Below, piece after piece: positions 1 through 12,006 of a stretch of DNA of 64,000 bases. The translations under genes and the position numbers were made by a program. Under the pieces are notes generated by a model. It did not search any database. It worked only from the letters and a program-made list of their open reading frames with translations, and was not told the origin of the DNA. The stretch spans positions 213,583 through 277,582 of the forward strand of contig NW_005434607.1 in NCBI RefSeq assembly GCF_000315625.1, read 5' to 3'. How positions within the stretch are numbered: position 1 is the stretch's first letter; each line of letters opens with the position of its first letter. The DNA is from Guillardia theta CCMP2712. Its lineage: Eukaryota; Protista; Cryptophyta.

Positions 1-757
1 CTCCCAGCTCAAGAGAGGGTTGAGCCGCAGATGGGAGGAGAGGGACAGAAGAACAAACGCAACATCGAGAGGCAAAGAGCAAGATTAAGAAGGTGGCGCC
101 AGGGCTGGATGGAGGGTGTGGGCCAGCAGGAGGGGAGGACGAGAACGAGAGGAGGTGGAGGAGGAAGAGGAGGAAGAGCCAGGTCAGCTCGGCTCGCAGC
201 GGGCCATCACCACAGCATCTTGTCCGGCCTCTGCAGCTGACATCAACGCCGTCCTCCCCAGCCTGTCTCTGCAGGAAAACAACGAGAAGCAGAGAGTCTC
301 AGAGAAAAACGAGGCCTCCTCCTTCGCTCCTTCCACTCTCGCTCCCTCCGCCTCCTCCCTCCGCGTCCTCTCGCGCTCCCCTGCTCACCGATAGTTGACG
401 GAAACTCCACCCTTCAAGATCTTTCGAAGTGTAGCCACGTCACCATACGAAGCAGCATCTGCGCCAAACCAACATGAGTACACTTGGATGGTGAGTAAGA
501 GGGAGAGGGTGTGGGAGAGGTGGGAGAAGGAGAGAGGAGGATGGCAGAGAGGAAGTCGAGTTCTCGGGGAAGAGTAGGAGAACGAGCACCGATGAGCTTC
601 TGCGTTGGCTTCAGGATCTGGGTTCTACGAGTCCTTGTGCTCATGCTGGTAGAGGAGGGTCAGTCGGAGACTCTCCTGCACTGCACTCGCACCTGCTCCA
701 TGCCAGCCAGATTGACAGCAGCCCAAACACAGCCAGAGCAGCGATCGATGCCACCAT
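1..757 (-). CDS. Ankyrin-repeat protein with N-terminal hydrophobic (signal/TM) segment; multi-exon, probably continues past window start
   Basis: Manual splicing on the minus strand gives MVASIAALAVFGLLSIWLAWS-SMSTRTRRTQILKPTQKLI-DAASYGDVATLRKILKGGVSVNYR-DRLGRTALMSAAEAGQDAVV, which fits the ankyrin consensus. GT..AG introns separate the exons. Start codon uncertain. Confidence 0.7.
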
Positions 758-857
758 CGACCTTGATGGGCGAAATCAAGGAGAGGAGGGAGCAATGAGT
801 CGATTGTAAAGATTGAGTGCAAATGAGGTCGGGGAGAACGGATAGAGATCGAGGGGG

Positions 858-1000
858 AGGAGAGGAGAGGAGAGGAGAGGAGAGGAGAGGAGAGGAGAGG
901 CGAGGCGAGGCGAGGCGAGGCGAGGCGAGGCGAGGAGAGGAGAGGAGAGGAGAGGAGCGGAGAGGAGAGGAGCGGAGAGGAGAGGAGAGGAGAGGAGAGG
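858..1000. repeat. Compound pentanucleotide microsatellite (GGAGA)n/(GGCGA)n
   Basis: Directly visible. Confidence 0.95.
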
Positions 1001-1449
1001 AAAGAGTGTATGAGAGCAGATGGACAAGGAGGAGTGGAGGGTAGTGAGTGCGCTTGTTTGTGGACGGCAGGAGTAGCAGTACCGGTTATTGAAAGACCCC
1101 CGGAAAAAATTCTCGACCTGAGAGAATGTCTTTGTGTTCCTGGGCGACAACAGTTACCTCCTGCTCTACCATCCTGCCAGCTGGAAGCACCTGATGTGAT
1201 AAAGCACGCCATCCACTCTGTGTCTCCACCTCATGTTTGACAAGGAGAGTAGGGAGTACGGGTCAGCACGACGAGCAGGGGCCTTCTCTTCCAGCGCTCC
1301 GCTTCTAGCTCCTCACTGCCTTGCCCCGTTGAGGTCAAGCCATCCCTTCAGCGCACCCACGTCTCCTGGCTCACACGCCTGTGAAGGACTAGAAGTCAGG
1401 CGCAACCCCAACCCTGCTGCTTTCTCCCCCTTCCTCCCCTTGCTCTCTC

Positions 1450-1577
1450 CTTCTCTTCTCTTCTCTTCTCTTCTCTTCTCTTCTCTTCTCTTCTCTTCTC
1501 TTCTCTTCTCTTCTCTTCTCTTCTCTTCCCTCCCTTAGCTTCCCTTCCCTCCCCTTCCCTTCCCTTCCCTTCCCTTC
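1450..1577. repeat. (CTTCT)n then (CCCTT)n microsatellites
   Basis: Directly visible. Confidence 0.9.
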
Positions 1578-1929
1578 CTCATTGTTCGTAATGGCTTTTC
1601 TCCCACGCCATTGTGACTCAGCAACTGACATCATCCCCCTCTTCCTCATGAGAGCTCACCCGAGTCCGCCTCCTCTGATTTTAACTACAAATTCAAAAGT
1701 TATCATTCAAGAACTACCTTACTTAGCTAACTGAAAAGGGTAGAATGTTTAGATCTGAGGCGGGGTACAAGTAGGGTGCATGCCCCAATTTTTACTCCTG
1801 AGAAGTTATAAAAGCCTCTTTTGGGGTGGTAGGGTACTGACCCCACCGTACTAATGAAATCACTTTTTACCTATGAAGTACGGGTAATCTAAGGGTCTCA
1901 CGAAACAAGGTAGGGTGAGAGTGTGTGGC

Positions 1930-3095
1930 ATGGCGGAGGCGGCGGGTGTAGCTTCGTTGCGAAGCATGCTGGACCAGAAGGTGAGCGAAACATGTCGATC
2001 TTTCATGGGTGAAGCCTTGATATGATCAGTGAGAGAAGAGGAGCAGAGGAGCAGAGAGACACGAGAAGAGATCAAGGGGTGAGTGGGGTGAGGGCGGAAT
2101 GAAGGAGAGGGCGAGGAAGGGGAGGGGAACCGAAGGGCTTGTATGGATGATGATGTGATCTTGCCATGTCGTGGAACCCACAATATGATCATGTTCCTTG
2201 AAGCTTTGTGTGCTTTGTTTTACACTCATGAAATGCTTTTCTTCTTTCAAAGGCACCCCACTACAACAGCAACCAACGGAGCTACTGTACAGACTATACT
2301 TTGAAACGATACCTGCATGCTCGAAAGTTTGATGTTGCTAAGGCGTTCAACATGCTTACGGCCACGCTGGCATGGAGGAAGGATTTTGATGTCGAATCGA
2401 TTAGCATGCTGAAAGTTCGAGGCAATGGCGAAACAGGGAAGGTGGTGGTGAGGGGGGCAGATAGAGAAGGGAGGCCGATTTTGTTCTTGAGGCCGGGTCA
2501 AGAAAACTCCAAGGACGATCACGATGGCAACCTGAAGCACCTGGTGTACGAGCTTGAGCGAGCTGTGGCATGCATGGACGAGCTGCGTGGAGTGGGGAAA
2601 ATGTTGGTGATACTGGACCTGCAGCATTACAGCATGTCGAATGCCCCCCCCATGAAGACAAGCAGAGCCACTCTGCATATCCTGCAGGATCACTATCCGG
2701 AGCGGCTGGCAAAGTTCTTGATAATCGATGCTCCGTGGCTGTTCCAAGGCTTCTTCAAGATCATCTCTCCCTTCATCGACAAGGTTTTGTTGGCTCAGTC
2801 CAGACCAGTAACACGGCACTGAAAGTCGCATGGTTCAGGAGACTGCTGCAAAGCTCGTCTTCGTGAATGGCAAGACAGCAGAAGCAAAGAGGGAGGTTCT
2901 CTCCAAGTTCGTCGAACTCAATCGGTCAGTTTGCGAGAGGAACTGCAAGACTCTCTCCTTGACAGTTTCCTCAGCCTCCCCAAGTCTATCTACGGAGACT
3001 TAGGCGATGAGGTGAGGAAGAGTGCAAAATCGCCTTTGTTGTCTCACTTTGTCATTCAGGAATTTTTTACAGCCGACGAGTACTTCAGGTTCTGA
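1930..3095 (+). CDS. CRAL-TRIO/Sec14-like lipid-transfer protein (5 exons)
   Basis: Exon 1 is 1930-1980 (MAEAAGVASLRSMLDQK|gtgag). The main exon reads TDYTLKRYLHARKFDVAKAFNML..WR..DREGRPIL..LQDHYPERLAKFLIIDAPWLFQGFFKIISPFIDK. Later exons give ETAAKLVFV..LPKSIYG. Stop TGA at 3093-3095. Confidence 0.92.
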
Positions 3096-3385
3096 CCCCC
3101 TTACAGATCCGATTTTACTGACATGATTCTCCGGCAGCGATGAAGGGGTAGAGAAATTTCGCAAGGAAATCATACGGCAGAGAGCTGCATTTCAGTAAAG
3201 ATGCACTTGCTGTCCGTCGCAGTTCTGCCTCCTGTTCGTTTGCTTCGTTTGTTTTCCTTTGATGTAAATGCGTTTTTGACTTGTTGCCTAATAGTATACA
3301 TTGAAACACCTTGATATACGAGTTGAACATCAAGTACATCTCAACAGATGCCAAAATTCTCGAGCCTGCAATGAAAGAAGATAAT

Positions 3386-4432
3386 TCACTCCACACGTGC
3401 ACTAACAGGTGTTTTTGCGGGTGAAGAAGGTCCCATGCCCTCGTCGCTTGACGGCCTCACGTCGCATGTTTGTACACCAACGATCTTGTCTTTGTAGACC
3501 CATCGCAGAAGATGGCGCAGAAAGTCGTACTGCTTCCATGGCCAATGCTTCAATCCTACACACTGTGTAAGAGCAGCAAGTTTAACGAAGAGCTTACCAG
3601 TGCTAGGGATGTCGATGTGCGGGAGGTTCACGTACAGAGCAGACCCGCACCATCTCCCTTGCTTGGTCTGTTGCTCCACACAGAGCTTGAATCGATGCCA
3701 ATCGAGACGAACGATTTGAACCTTCTCCTTGGACAGCCCCGGAGCTTTTGTCATCCTTTCAATGAGGACTCCTGCTCCATATGCTGCTGGGTAGTAGTAG
3801 TACAAGGCCGCAAACCCAAACAGATCAAGGGTGCACTGTAACGGGATGTAGACCAGGAGGAATACAAGCCAGCCCATGAAAGCCAGCGGGAAGCAAGGAT
3901 GCCAAGGCTCTTCGCATTGGTTGACAAAATGGCGTCTGAGAAGCTCTCTCTTCGGAAGAGTATGAAGCCTCGAGCGCCGGAAGATATAGTACGCAAGGCT
4001 GCAGGTTGTCCACATCAACGCTAGTCCGACCTGCGCCTTCGGGGTGAAGTGCAGGCTCAACATGCTCAGACCACTGCTGTTGACACGTCTGGTGTTCCCG
4101 TATCTGAATGGTCGAGGGTGGAGGTGCGCTGTGGTCCCTTTCTGACCGAGCCTTCCAGGGGACAAACTTGAGCTCCCTATGAAGCAACTATGCAGGAGGC
4201 TGCTAGCATGTCTGTCGCAGGGGACTGAAGACAGAGGTATCAGAGGGCTCCGTTGGCTGAGAGTTCGAGGCAGCCTGTCAGGCAGCTGGATCATTCTGGT
4301 GTGCTTCTACGTCGGCCATGATACCTCGTGTTGCACAGCAGGATCAGAATTCTCTTGCTCCTGCTTCCAGGTTTGATTGAGAGCTGTCGTCTCGAGCTGC
4401 AACTTCTCTGACCATCCCTGGCCTTCCTCCAT
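3386..4432 (-). CDS. Hypothetical membrane protein
   Basis: Long ORF with two hydrophobic stretches (VGLALMWTTCSLAYYIF; FPLAFMGWLVFLLVYIPLQCTLDLFGFAALYYYY). The 5' exons and the start at 4432 are approximate. Confidence 0.55.
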
Positions 4433-4600
4433 GGCTTGCTGGTGATGTCGAACCACGGCTAGCTCCTTTATATCTGTCAGATCCCTGCTCCAATCGGGCC
4501 GGCGGGCCGGTCACCCGAGGCCGACCTCCGGCTGCTGGAACACTGAGAATTGACAGGTTTATCTCAACTCGGAAGTGCCGAACCGGAGTGAAGCGTGATA

Positions 4601-4679
4601 TCGTGACTAGCAAGCTGCGGAATCGTGACTAGCTAGCTGAGGTATCGTGACTAGCTAGCTGCGGAATCGTGACTAGCTG
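4601..4679. repeat. 22-bp minisatellite TCGTGACTAGCTAGCTGCGGAA, ~3.6 copies, upstream of MYB copy 1
   Basis: Units start at 4601, 4623, 4645 and 4667. Confidence 0.9.
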
Positions 4680-4842
4680 ACAGATTGAAAATGAAAGGGT
4701 GCAGTGTGAACGAAGTGGCGGAAGGCATCGAGACATTCGCAGCCTTTCGGGCTCGGGGATGACTGACGTTATTTACTACAGGACGCCGCCTCCAAATAAA
4801 AATAAGGTCAACCCTCTCCCCCGCCATCTCCGTCTTGACGCC

Positions 4843-5421
4843 ATGTCGCCATGCCCGACTCTCTCCCCTGCCTGCTCCCCCTGCTCTGTCGACGAGGCCG
4901 TCGACGCCCTGTGCAGCCGCCCATGGCGCTCTCCGTGCGACGACCTCGACATGTCCTCCTTCCTCTCCTCCTACCTCCACGACACTCCCCTCGTCGCCGA
5001 GGAGGCTGCGGTTCAAGCCTACGCGTCAGCGTGCCACGCAGGCTGGGCAGGGGCGGCGGCGGCTGGCAGGCCTGAGGCCCCGAGCGAGCCGTCAGAGGCG
5101 TCGTCTGCGAGCGACAGCGACAGCCCGGCGAGCATCCCGGCGTCCCCGAAGGAGGCGGAGAAGTCAAGGACGCAGTACAACCAGAGCCAGTGGACGCAGG
5201 AGGAGCACAAGCGGTTTGTGGAGGCGCTGGCAAGGTACCAGCAGCTGGGGAGCCGACGGGACCCGGTCACGGGCAAGGTGTCGGTAGGGCTTGGAGCCGG
5301 AGTGGCGAAGCAGGTAGCGGCGCTTGTGGGAACGAGGACTCCTCTGCAAGTGAGGACGCATGCACAGAAGTACTTCATGAAGCTGAGCACGGGGAGCAAG
5401 CGAGGGGGGAGGATGCAGTAG
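4843..5421 (+). CDS. MYB-related SHAQKYF-class transcription factor, tandem copy 1 (intronless)
   Basis: WTQEEHKRFVEAL...VGTRTPLQVRTHAQKYF. The ATG after CTTGACGCC is conserved and in frame in all three copies, with an AT-rich/TATA-like stretch ~45 nt upstream. Confidence 0.9.
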   Translation: MSPCPTLSPACSPCSVDEAVDALCSRPWRSPCDDLDMSSFLSSYLHDTPLVAEEAAVQAYASACHAGWAGAAAAGRPEAPSEPSEASSASDSDSPASIPASPKEAEKSRTQYNQSQWTQEEHKRFVEALARYQQLGSRRDPVTGKVSVGLGAGVAKQVAALVGTRTPLQVRTHAQKYFMKLSTGSKRGGRMQ

Positions 5422-6183
5422 GGTAGGGAGGGAGAGGGCGCTGATGTAAATAAAGGAAGTGACGCTTGCCCGAGAGAGTGCGCCGCACATCCCGCTGACG
5501 GAGCAGCGCCGAGAGGGACATTGGTACAGGCAGGTTGGCTGACGAGACCGCTGGGATGGAGGGGAGAGAGACTGGGGCTGAGCTGAGGGCGAGGGCATGA
5601 CGAGGGGGGGAGAGGGGGAAGCTGCAGGCGCAGTGGCTGATCAGATCGGGTCGTGTTGACTAGGCAAGTCTCCGTGAAGTGTTGACTGTAAGCACATCCC
5701 TTCGTGGCTCGAGTCTCAGGCTTGGCCTCGAACAGTGGTCTCAATAATGTGAGGAAAGACCTGATCTTGTTATGTACTTTTGCATTTCCACACAGAGCAG
5801 CTGTCAATGATCTGCAGTTTGAACGCGCAGCAAAGCAGTGAAGCTCCTAGAGAGAAACATCTATGTGAAACGGAAATATCCGATTGGACGGAAATATCCG
5901 AATCGAAACATCTCTGTGGAAGCGAGGATTTGAATTTTCAAAACCAAGGATTTGAATTTTCACAGTAGAACAACGAAAAGTACAATTCTTGGGACGTCAG
6001 GAACGGAAACATCCGATTTGACTTTCGGAAAGGAATATCAAGGATTCGCAGCGTTTCAGAATAGCTTTACAACTGCCAATCGAAGCCTTTCGGGCTCGGG
6101 GATGACTGATGTTATTTACTACAGGACGCTGCCTCAATAAAAATAAGGGTGAACCTCTTCCCTGCCATCACCATCTTGACGCC

Positions 6184-6744
6184 ATGCCCCCTGCCTGCTC
6201 CCCCTGCTCTGTCGACGAGGCCGTCGACGCCCTGTGCAGCCGCCCATGGCGCTCTCCGTGCGACGACCTCGACATGGCATCCTTCCTCTCCTCCTACCTC
6301 CACGACACTCCCCTCGTCGCCGAGGAGGCTGCGGTTCAAGCCGACGCGTCAGCGTGCCACGCAGGCTGGGCAGGGGCGGCGGCGGCTGGCAGGCCTGAGG
6401 CCCCGAGCGAGCCGTCAGAGGCGTCGTCTGCGAGCGACAGCGACAGCCCGGCGAGCATCCCGGCGTCCCCGAAGGAGGCGGAGAAGTCAAGGACGCAGTA
6501 CAACCAGAGCCAGTGGACGCAGGAGGAGCACAAGCGGTTTGTGGAGGCGCTGGCAAGGTACCAGCAGCTGGGGAGCCGACGGGACCCGGTCACGGGCAAG
6601 GTGTCGGTAGGGCTTGGAGCCGGAGTGGCGAAGCAGGTAGCGGCGCTTGTGGGAACGAGGACTCCTCTGCAAGTGAGGACGCATGCACAGAAGTACTTCA
6701 TGAAGCTGAGCACGGGGAGCAAGCGAGGGGGGAGGATGCAGTAG
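6184..6744 (+). CDS. MYB-related SHAQKYF-class transcription factor, tandem copy 2
   Basis: Near-identical to copy 1 apart from an 18-nt in-frame deletion after the ATG. Confidence 0.9.
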   Translation: MPPACSPCSVDEAVDALCSRPWRSPCDDLDMASFLSSYLHDTPLVAEEAAVQADASACHAGWAGAAAAGRPEAPSEPSEASSASDSDSPASIPASPKEAEKSRTQYNQSQWTQEEHKRFVEALARYQQLGSRRDPVTGKVSVGLGAGVAKQVAALVGTRTPLQVRTHAQKYFMKLSTGSKRGGRMQ

Positions 6745-7590
6745 GGTAGGGAGGGAGAGGGCGCTGATGTAAATAAAGGAAGTGACGCTTGCCCGAGAGA
6801 GTGCGCCGCACATCCCACTGACGGAGCAGCGCCGGGAGGGACATTGGTACAGGCAGGTTGGCTGACGAGACCGCTGGGATGGAGGGGAGAGAGACTGGGG
6901 CTGAGCTGACGGCGAGGGCATGACGATGGGGGGAGGGGGGATGCTGCAGGCGCGGTGGCTGATCAGATCAGGTCGTGTAGACTGTGCTAGTTTCTGTCGT
7001 TGCTTGAGAGAGAGGGAGAGAGCAGTCAGAAGCGCAGGAAGACCAGATCAATGATAAAAATATGTATAGAAAGAATAGCACGGATTCTATATGGAGCCCT
7101 TTCTTTTACTTAAATTTGAGTAAACTTTCTTAGTTAAGTCACTAACGTTCACAATGCAGGAAGCACAATGAAGAGCATCGACGCCGCCCTACAGCAAGGA
7201 TGATGGTGTTGTACATCCGATCACGTCTTAGGATCATTCTAGGAATAGTTGTGCATTACTTCTACACATCTTTCAATCATGATAACGATAGAAAACCTTT
7301 CACTATTTCCCTGACTTGCGATGCGGCCACTGAGCAGTGCGAATGGAAGGGCAGATGAAAAAGTCTTGGTACGTGACCTGCTGACTCAAGGACTGAAAGG
7401 TCCGACACTCCGAACGCATATCAAGGCTTCGCAGCGCTTCAGAATATCTTATAGCAACGTGATATTGTCATTGCAACTCACAACATTCGCAGCCTTTCGG
7501 GCTCGGGTATCACTGTTTCTTTACTACAGGACGCTGCCTCCATATAAAAACAAGGTCAACCCTCTCCCCCGCCATCACCGTCTTGACGCC

Positions 7591-8166
7591 ATGTCGCCAT
7601 GCCCGACTCTCTCCCTTTCCTGCTCCCCCTGCTCTGTCGACGAGGCCGTCGACGCCCTGTGCAGCCGCCCATGGCGCTCTCCATGCGACGACCTCGACAT
7701 GGCATCCTTCCTCTCCTCCTACCTCCACGATACTCCCCTCGTCGCCAAGGAGGCTGCGGTCCAAGCCGACGCGTCAGCGTGCCACGCAGGCTGGGCGGCG
7801 GCAGCGGCTGGCAGGCCTGAGGCCCCGAGCGAGCCGTCAGAGGCGTCGTCTGCGAGCGACAGCGACAGCCCGGCGAGCATCCCGGCGTCCCCCAAGGAGG
7901 CGGAGAAGACAAGGACGCAGTACAACCAGAGCCAGTGGACGCAGGAGGAGCACAAGCGGTTTGTGGAGGCGCTGGCAAGGTACCAGCAGCTGGGGAGCCG
8001 ACGGGACCCGGTCACGGGCAAGGTGTCGGTAGGGCTTGGAGCCGGAGTGGCGAAGCAGGTAGCGGCGCTTGTGGGAACGAGGACTCCTCTGCAAGTGAGG
8101 ACGCATGCACAGAAGTACTTCATGAAGCTGAGCACGGGGAGCAAGCGAGGGGGGAGGATGCAGTAG
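7591..8166 (+). CDS. MYB-related SHAQKYF-class transcription factor, tandem copy 3
   Basis: Near-identical to copy 1, with a few substitutions and a one-codon deletion in the poly-Ala run. Confidence 0.9.
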   Translation: MSPCPTLSLSCSPCSVDEAVDALCSRPWRSPCDDLDMASFLSSYLHDTPLVAKEAAVQADASACHAGWAAAAAGRPEAPSEPSEASSASDSDSPASIPASPKEAEKTRTQYNQSQWTQEEHKRFVEALARYQQLGSRRDPVTGKVSVGLGAGVAKQVAALVGTRTPLQVRTHAQKYFMKLSTGSKRGGRMQ

Positions 8167-8890
8167 GGTAGGGAGGGAGAGGGCGCTGATGTAAATAAAG
8201 GAAGTGACGCTTGCCCGAGAGAGTGCGCCGCACATCCCGCTGACGCAGCAGCGCCGGGAGGGACATTGGTACAGGCAGGTTGGCTGACGAGACCGCTGGG
8301 ATGGAGGGGAGAGAGGCTGGGGCTGAGCTGAGGGCGAGGGCATGACGATGGGGAGAGGGAGGATGCTGCAGGCGCAGTGGCTGATCAGATCGGGTCGTGT
8401 TGACTAGGCTAGTCCAGGTGAAATCAAATCTTTGTTATTTTGGTGACATATTGTGTTGTCCAAGAGATGTTGTATCGATCAGCATCAAGTCAGTAGGGAA
8501 GGGATCATTGACGTCCTGTGGTATCGCATCCTTCTTGCTCGTTGGGACCCTGCATGGCCGAGCGCCGCTCTGCGGCGGCTGTGCATCCTTGTTCGCAAGT
8601 TTCTAATGACTAAAGAGACTTGCAGGCCCGCCTCGGACTGTTCTAGATAGAAGTCGATGAGTAATAATTTTCTGTGATGCTCAGGTCCAGAAAAGCCGTT
8701 GAGAAGTCCAGTGCTAGATCGAAAAAAAACACTCACAACACCCCTCATGGCCTTACAGCCTCAAACTCAGATAATTGAGGGGGTAGTGTTCATGGGTATT
8801 TTCGTATGTTGAGCTCGTGTTCCCCTTGTCCCCTCTGACATGCGAGAGTCAGTGAGCCCTTGGGCCATCCAACACTGATGAATGCGCAAC

Positions 8891-11800
8891 ATGAAGGCGG
8901 GAGAGCGATTGAGGAGGGGGGAGGAGACTTACCTCGAGTAAGGAGGAGCTGAAGGAACTAGGCGAGGACGGGAAAGGCTTCGAAAGGCACGCTGAGGAGA
9001 AAGAGGACAAGTGAGGGGTCGATAGAGGTGGAGAAAGAGGAGGAGGAGGAGGAGGAGGAGGAGGATGACGAGGATAAAGACGAAGAGGATGCATGTATAT
9101 GCAGATACGTCGGGCAAGACCCCGCGGACTCTGCCAGGAGTTAGAGAAGAACAAGACGATATGACAAAGCTGGACATCGTTTGAGCTGGCAGATGTAAAA
9201 ATGTTTCCGATGATGGCACCAAGATGAAGATGAATATAGAATGCAAGCGTCTAGTTGACAGATGCCTGCAGGCGAATCTCAGCCATGGCAACGAGGTACA
9301 ACCAGCACGGGATCCGAGGAGGGCAGTTCACAAGAGCAAAGATTCAGCACAGCAGGGATCTGTTCAAGGAGCACGAGGCGCGCGGGAGTGTGGGGCCCGG
9401 GCTCTTGTATGCGAGCTCGACGGTAACGGAGAAGACAACCAAGTGAGTCCGACGCTTTCAGCTGCTCATGGCTGATCCGCCAGCTGCAGGACTGGCGCTC
9501 CCATCGGAACGGCAGAGAAAGTGCACCAGAGGCCCCTGTGGAAGCGGGAAGAGGAGGTAGCGGAGGACTTGGTGTTGGTGGAGGATGTTGATGAGCTCTG
9601 GATCGCAGTGCGCTGCCCAGGTGCCAGGAGCGGGCTCGTACTCACCAGGGACGAACTTGACGAGGTTGGGGAGTGAAGGAGGAGGAGACAGGGCGGCTGA
9701 CTGGACTGCAGCAACGGCTTCGCTCCTAGGAGCCCCATGGCAACCATCGGTTCGGGAGCGAGAGAGTTGCGGGCCGCGGTTGACAGGAAGCAGGGAACGC
9801 GAGGAAGGGACACTCGAGGAATCTGTGGATCGAGCATGAGAAGAACGCGAGCGAGGTGACTGAACTAGCTGACCTTGGAGAGGCTTGCTGAGTATTTCAA
9901 GGTCCCTGCACCCGGGGAGTACGACAGTATGTGCTTGAGTAGTATCGCATTCAGATCCAAGACAGGTCAGTCTTTTTTCCTCCCCCCCTCCTCATAGTTG
10001 TTGGGATCTTGACCTTGATGACTTGCGGCGACAGACCTTGGCTCGTCAGTCTGCAGCCCCAACTCTTCCTCCTCCCAGCTCTTCTCCTCCAGAGGTCCAA
10101 ACTTCCTTGCTCTCAGCTTGCAGGAGCTGACGGGCTGCACGAGAAGGGAGCACGCCTCGGTCAAGGAGCAGCGTCCGACATTCTCTTGCCTCCCTCCACG
10201 AGGCAGGTCGAGGCGAGCACTTGCTGATGAGCCCCAGAGTGCAGAGCATCCTCTCCTCCCCTCGCAACATCGAGAGCAAGCGGAAGAGCGTCGGGGATCG
10301 GCGGTGGACGAGCGTGAAAGAGCGGTCGGATTCCGAAGACATCCCGTCTCCTCGACACAAGGCAAGTTGCAGTGGGCGCAACAGGGTGAATGGGATGGAG
10401 GAGCTGGGAAGGTGACGAAAGATGAGAGACGGAGGGAGGTAGAGGACAGTGATGGTGTGGGAATGAGAGTCAGAAGAAGGAGAAAGAGATGCAGGAAAAG
10501 AAGGAGTGGGAGGAGGAGGAGCATAAGCATCAACAGCAGCAGCTGCAGCAGCAGGAGGCATTTATTAGGATGGATCCTCCCGCTGACAAGACATGCAGGA
10601 GTTGAATGCTGAGAACGTTCATGTCAATCGTAATCGGTCAAGGTGACTCACAACTTTGATCTTCTCGCCTGACGTCCAGCAGCCAAGTGAAGTCAAGCCC
10701 CTCCCTCTCCAGCAGGTTACCACCAGAAGCATCCAAGGAGTATCGCCAGGAGCTTGTGGAAGTCGGCAGGATTGTCCCGCAAACTTCTTCTCAGCTCAAG
10801 AAGCTCGACGTGTCATCGTCGTCCGACAGTGAGTCACCCATCCACCAGGTCTCAGAGCACGGGCTCAGTGCGTCGAAGCAGCCGAGCAGAGGTGAGAGGC
10901 GGGGAAGGGAAGGGACGGGGCGGGATGGCAAGTGTAGGATGACAGAGGGAGGGAGGGGCCTGTGCTTCATCTTTCAGCTGAGCCTTGAGACCAGGTGAGG
11001 CGAGGGAGGTCAATGCGGACAAGAGGAGGAAGTCTTGTGCGAGACAAGACGGAGGGTCGGATGCTCATTACCGTGAGGCCATGCGGCTCTTGACCCTGCA
11101 TGGGTGAACAGCCGATGCCTCCCGCTGCTCCGCACGTTGACGGTCGAGGCAGGAGGAAGGAGGAGGCAGAAGAGAAGTTCAAGCAGGCGCTCGCTGCCAA
11201 CCCAAGGGACACGAGTGAGTCCCATCTCACCGCCTGCTCGTTGCCGTGAGAGCTGCCGCAGGAGCCCTCAGGCAGTATGCCAGCATGCTCATCCAGTCGG
11301 AGAGGCGGGAGGAGGCGGTCGTTCACATCCGCTCCCTCCTCCAGCTTGCCTACAACCACAAGAGGTGACGTCTGCTCCTGTCCAGCTGCCGCTGACGTGG
11401 TGCCCCAGCGATGGAGGGAGCGTGAACAACACGTGGGGCACGCGGATGGTGGAGGACCTGACGGCCTGCGGCTCCCTCCTCACTTGTGAGTCACTTTGAC
11501 GCTCATGTTGCCTCCTCACGCTCCTCTGCAGTGATAGGACGCGATGATTTCTCAGCTCGGGTCTACGATGCTGTGCTGGACATCAGGCCAAGTTTGCGAC
11601 CACTTGCCTGCTGACTTTCTCACTCACACTGGCGCTAAGATCACACGCCTGCTCTCACCGCCTATGCTGATCTCCTCGTCATGAAGTCACTCAAGGTGAG
11701 GACGACGAGGTCCCAGAGCCGATGGCTCCCATCCTGCGCCACCACTCCCTCCTCCGCATCCTCCCGACGCTCTTCTCTTTCTACCTCTTCTCGACATGTC

Positions 11801-12006
11801 TTCCTTTCTCCTTGTTTGCTTTCTCATCTTTCGTGCTTTTCCGTTGCTTCTTCTCACAAAAGTTTGAAGACTCAGGGAGCGGAAGCAAAAAGTCTCAACG
11901 AGCAGGCTGTCCAGCTGTACAACAGAGCCTCGGAGATTCTCAAGGTCAGTCCTGCCTTTGTCTCCTCATCACCGTCATCTTCAAGCTGCAGGCCAAGGGC
12001 TCATGA
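8891..12006 (+). CDS. Multi-exon protein with N-terminal PG-rich (SHIPPO/STPG-like) motifs and C-terminal TPR-like helices; may be two genes
   Basis: Spliced exons give VPGAGSYSP and VPAPGEYD (PGPGxY-like). Later exons give EAEEKFKQALAANPRDT, YASMLIQSERREEAVVHIRSLL, ALTAYADLL and QAVQLYNRASEILK. Stop TGA at 12004-12006. The 5' end is uncertain. Confidence 0.55.

Noticed and set aside
625-1649. ORFs with PLLSS/EERRG/EKRRE repeats
   Set aside because: Translations of pentanucleotide microsatellites.
4699-4842. Longer N-termini for the MYB ORFs (starts at 4699, 6109, 7321)
   Set aside because: Upstream frames differ or shift between copies. Only the ATG after CTTGACGCC is conserved in all three.
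8453-8650. Small standalone CDS
   Set aside because: Coding-like wording but no recognisable motif, start context or linked exons.
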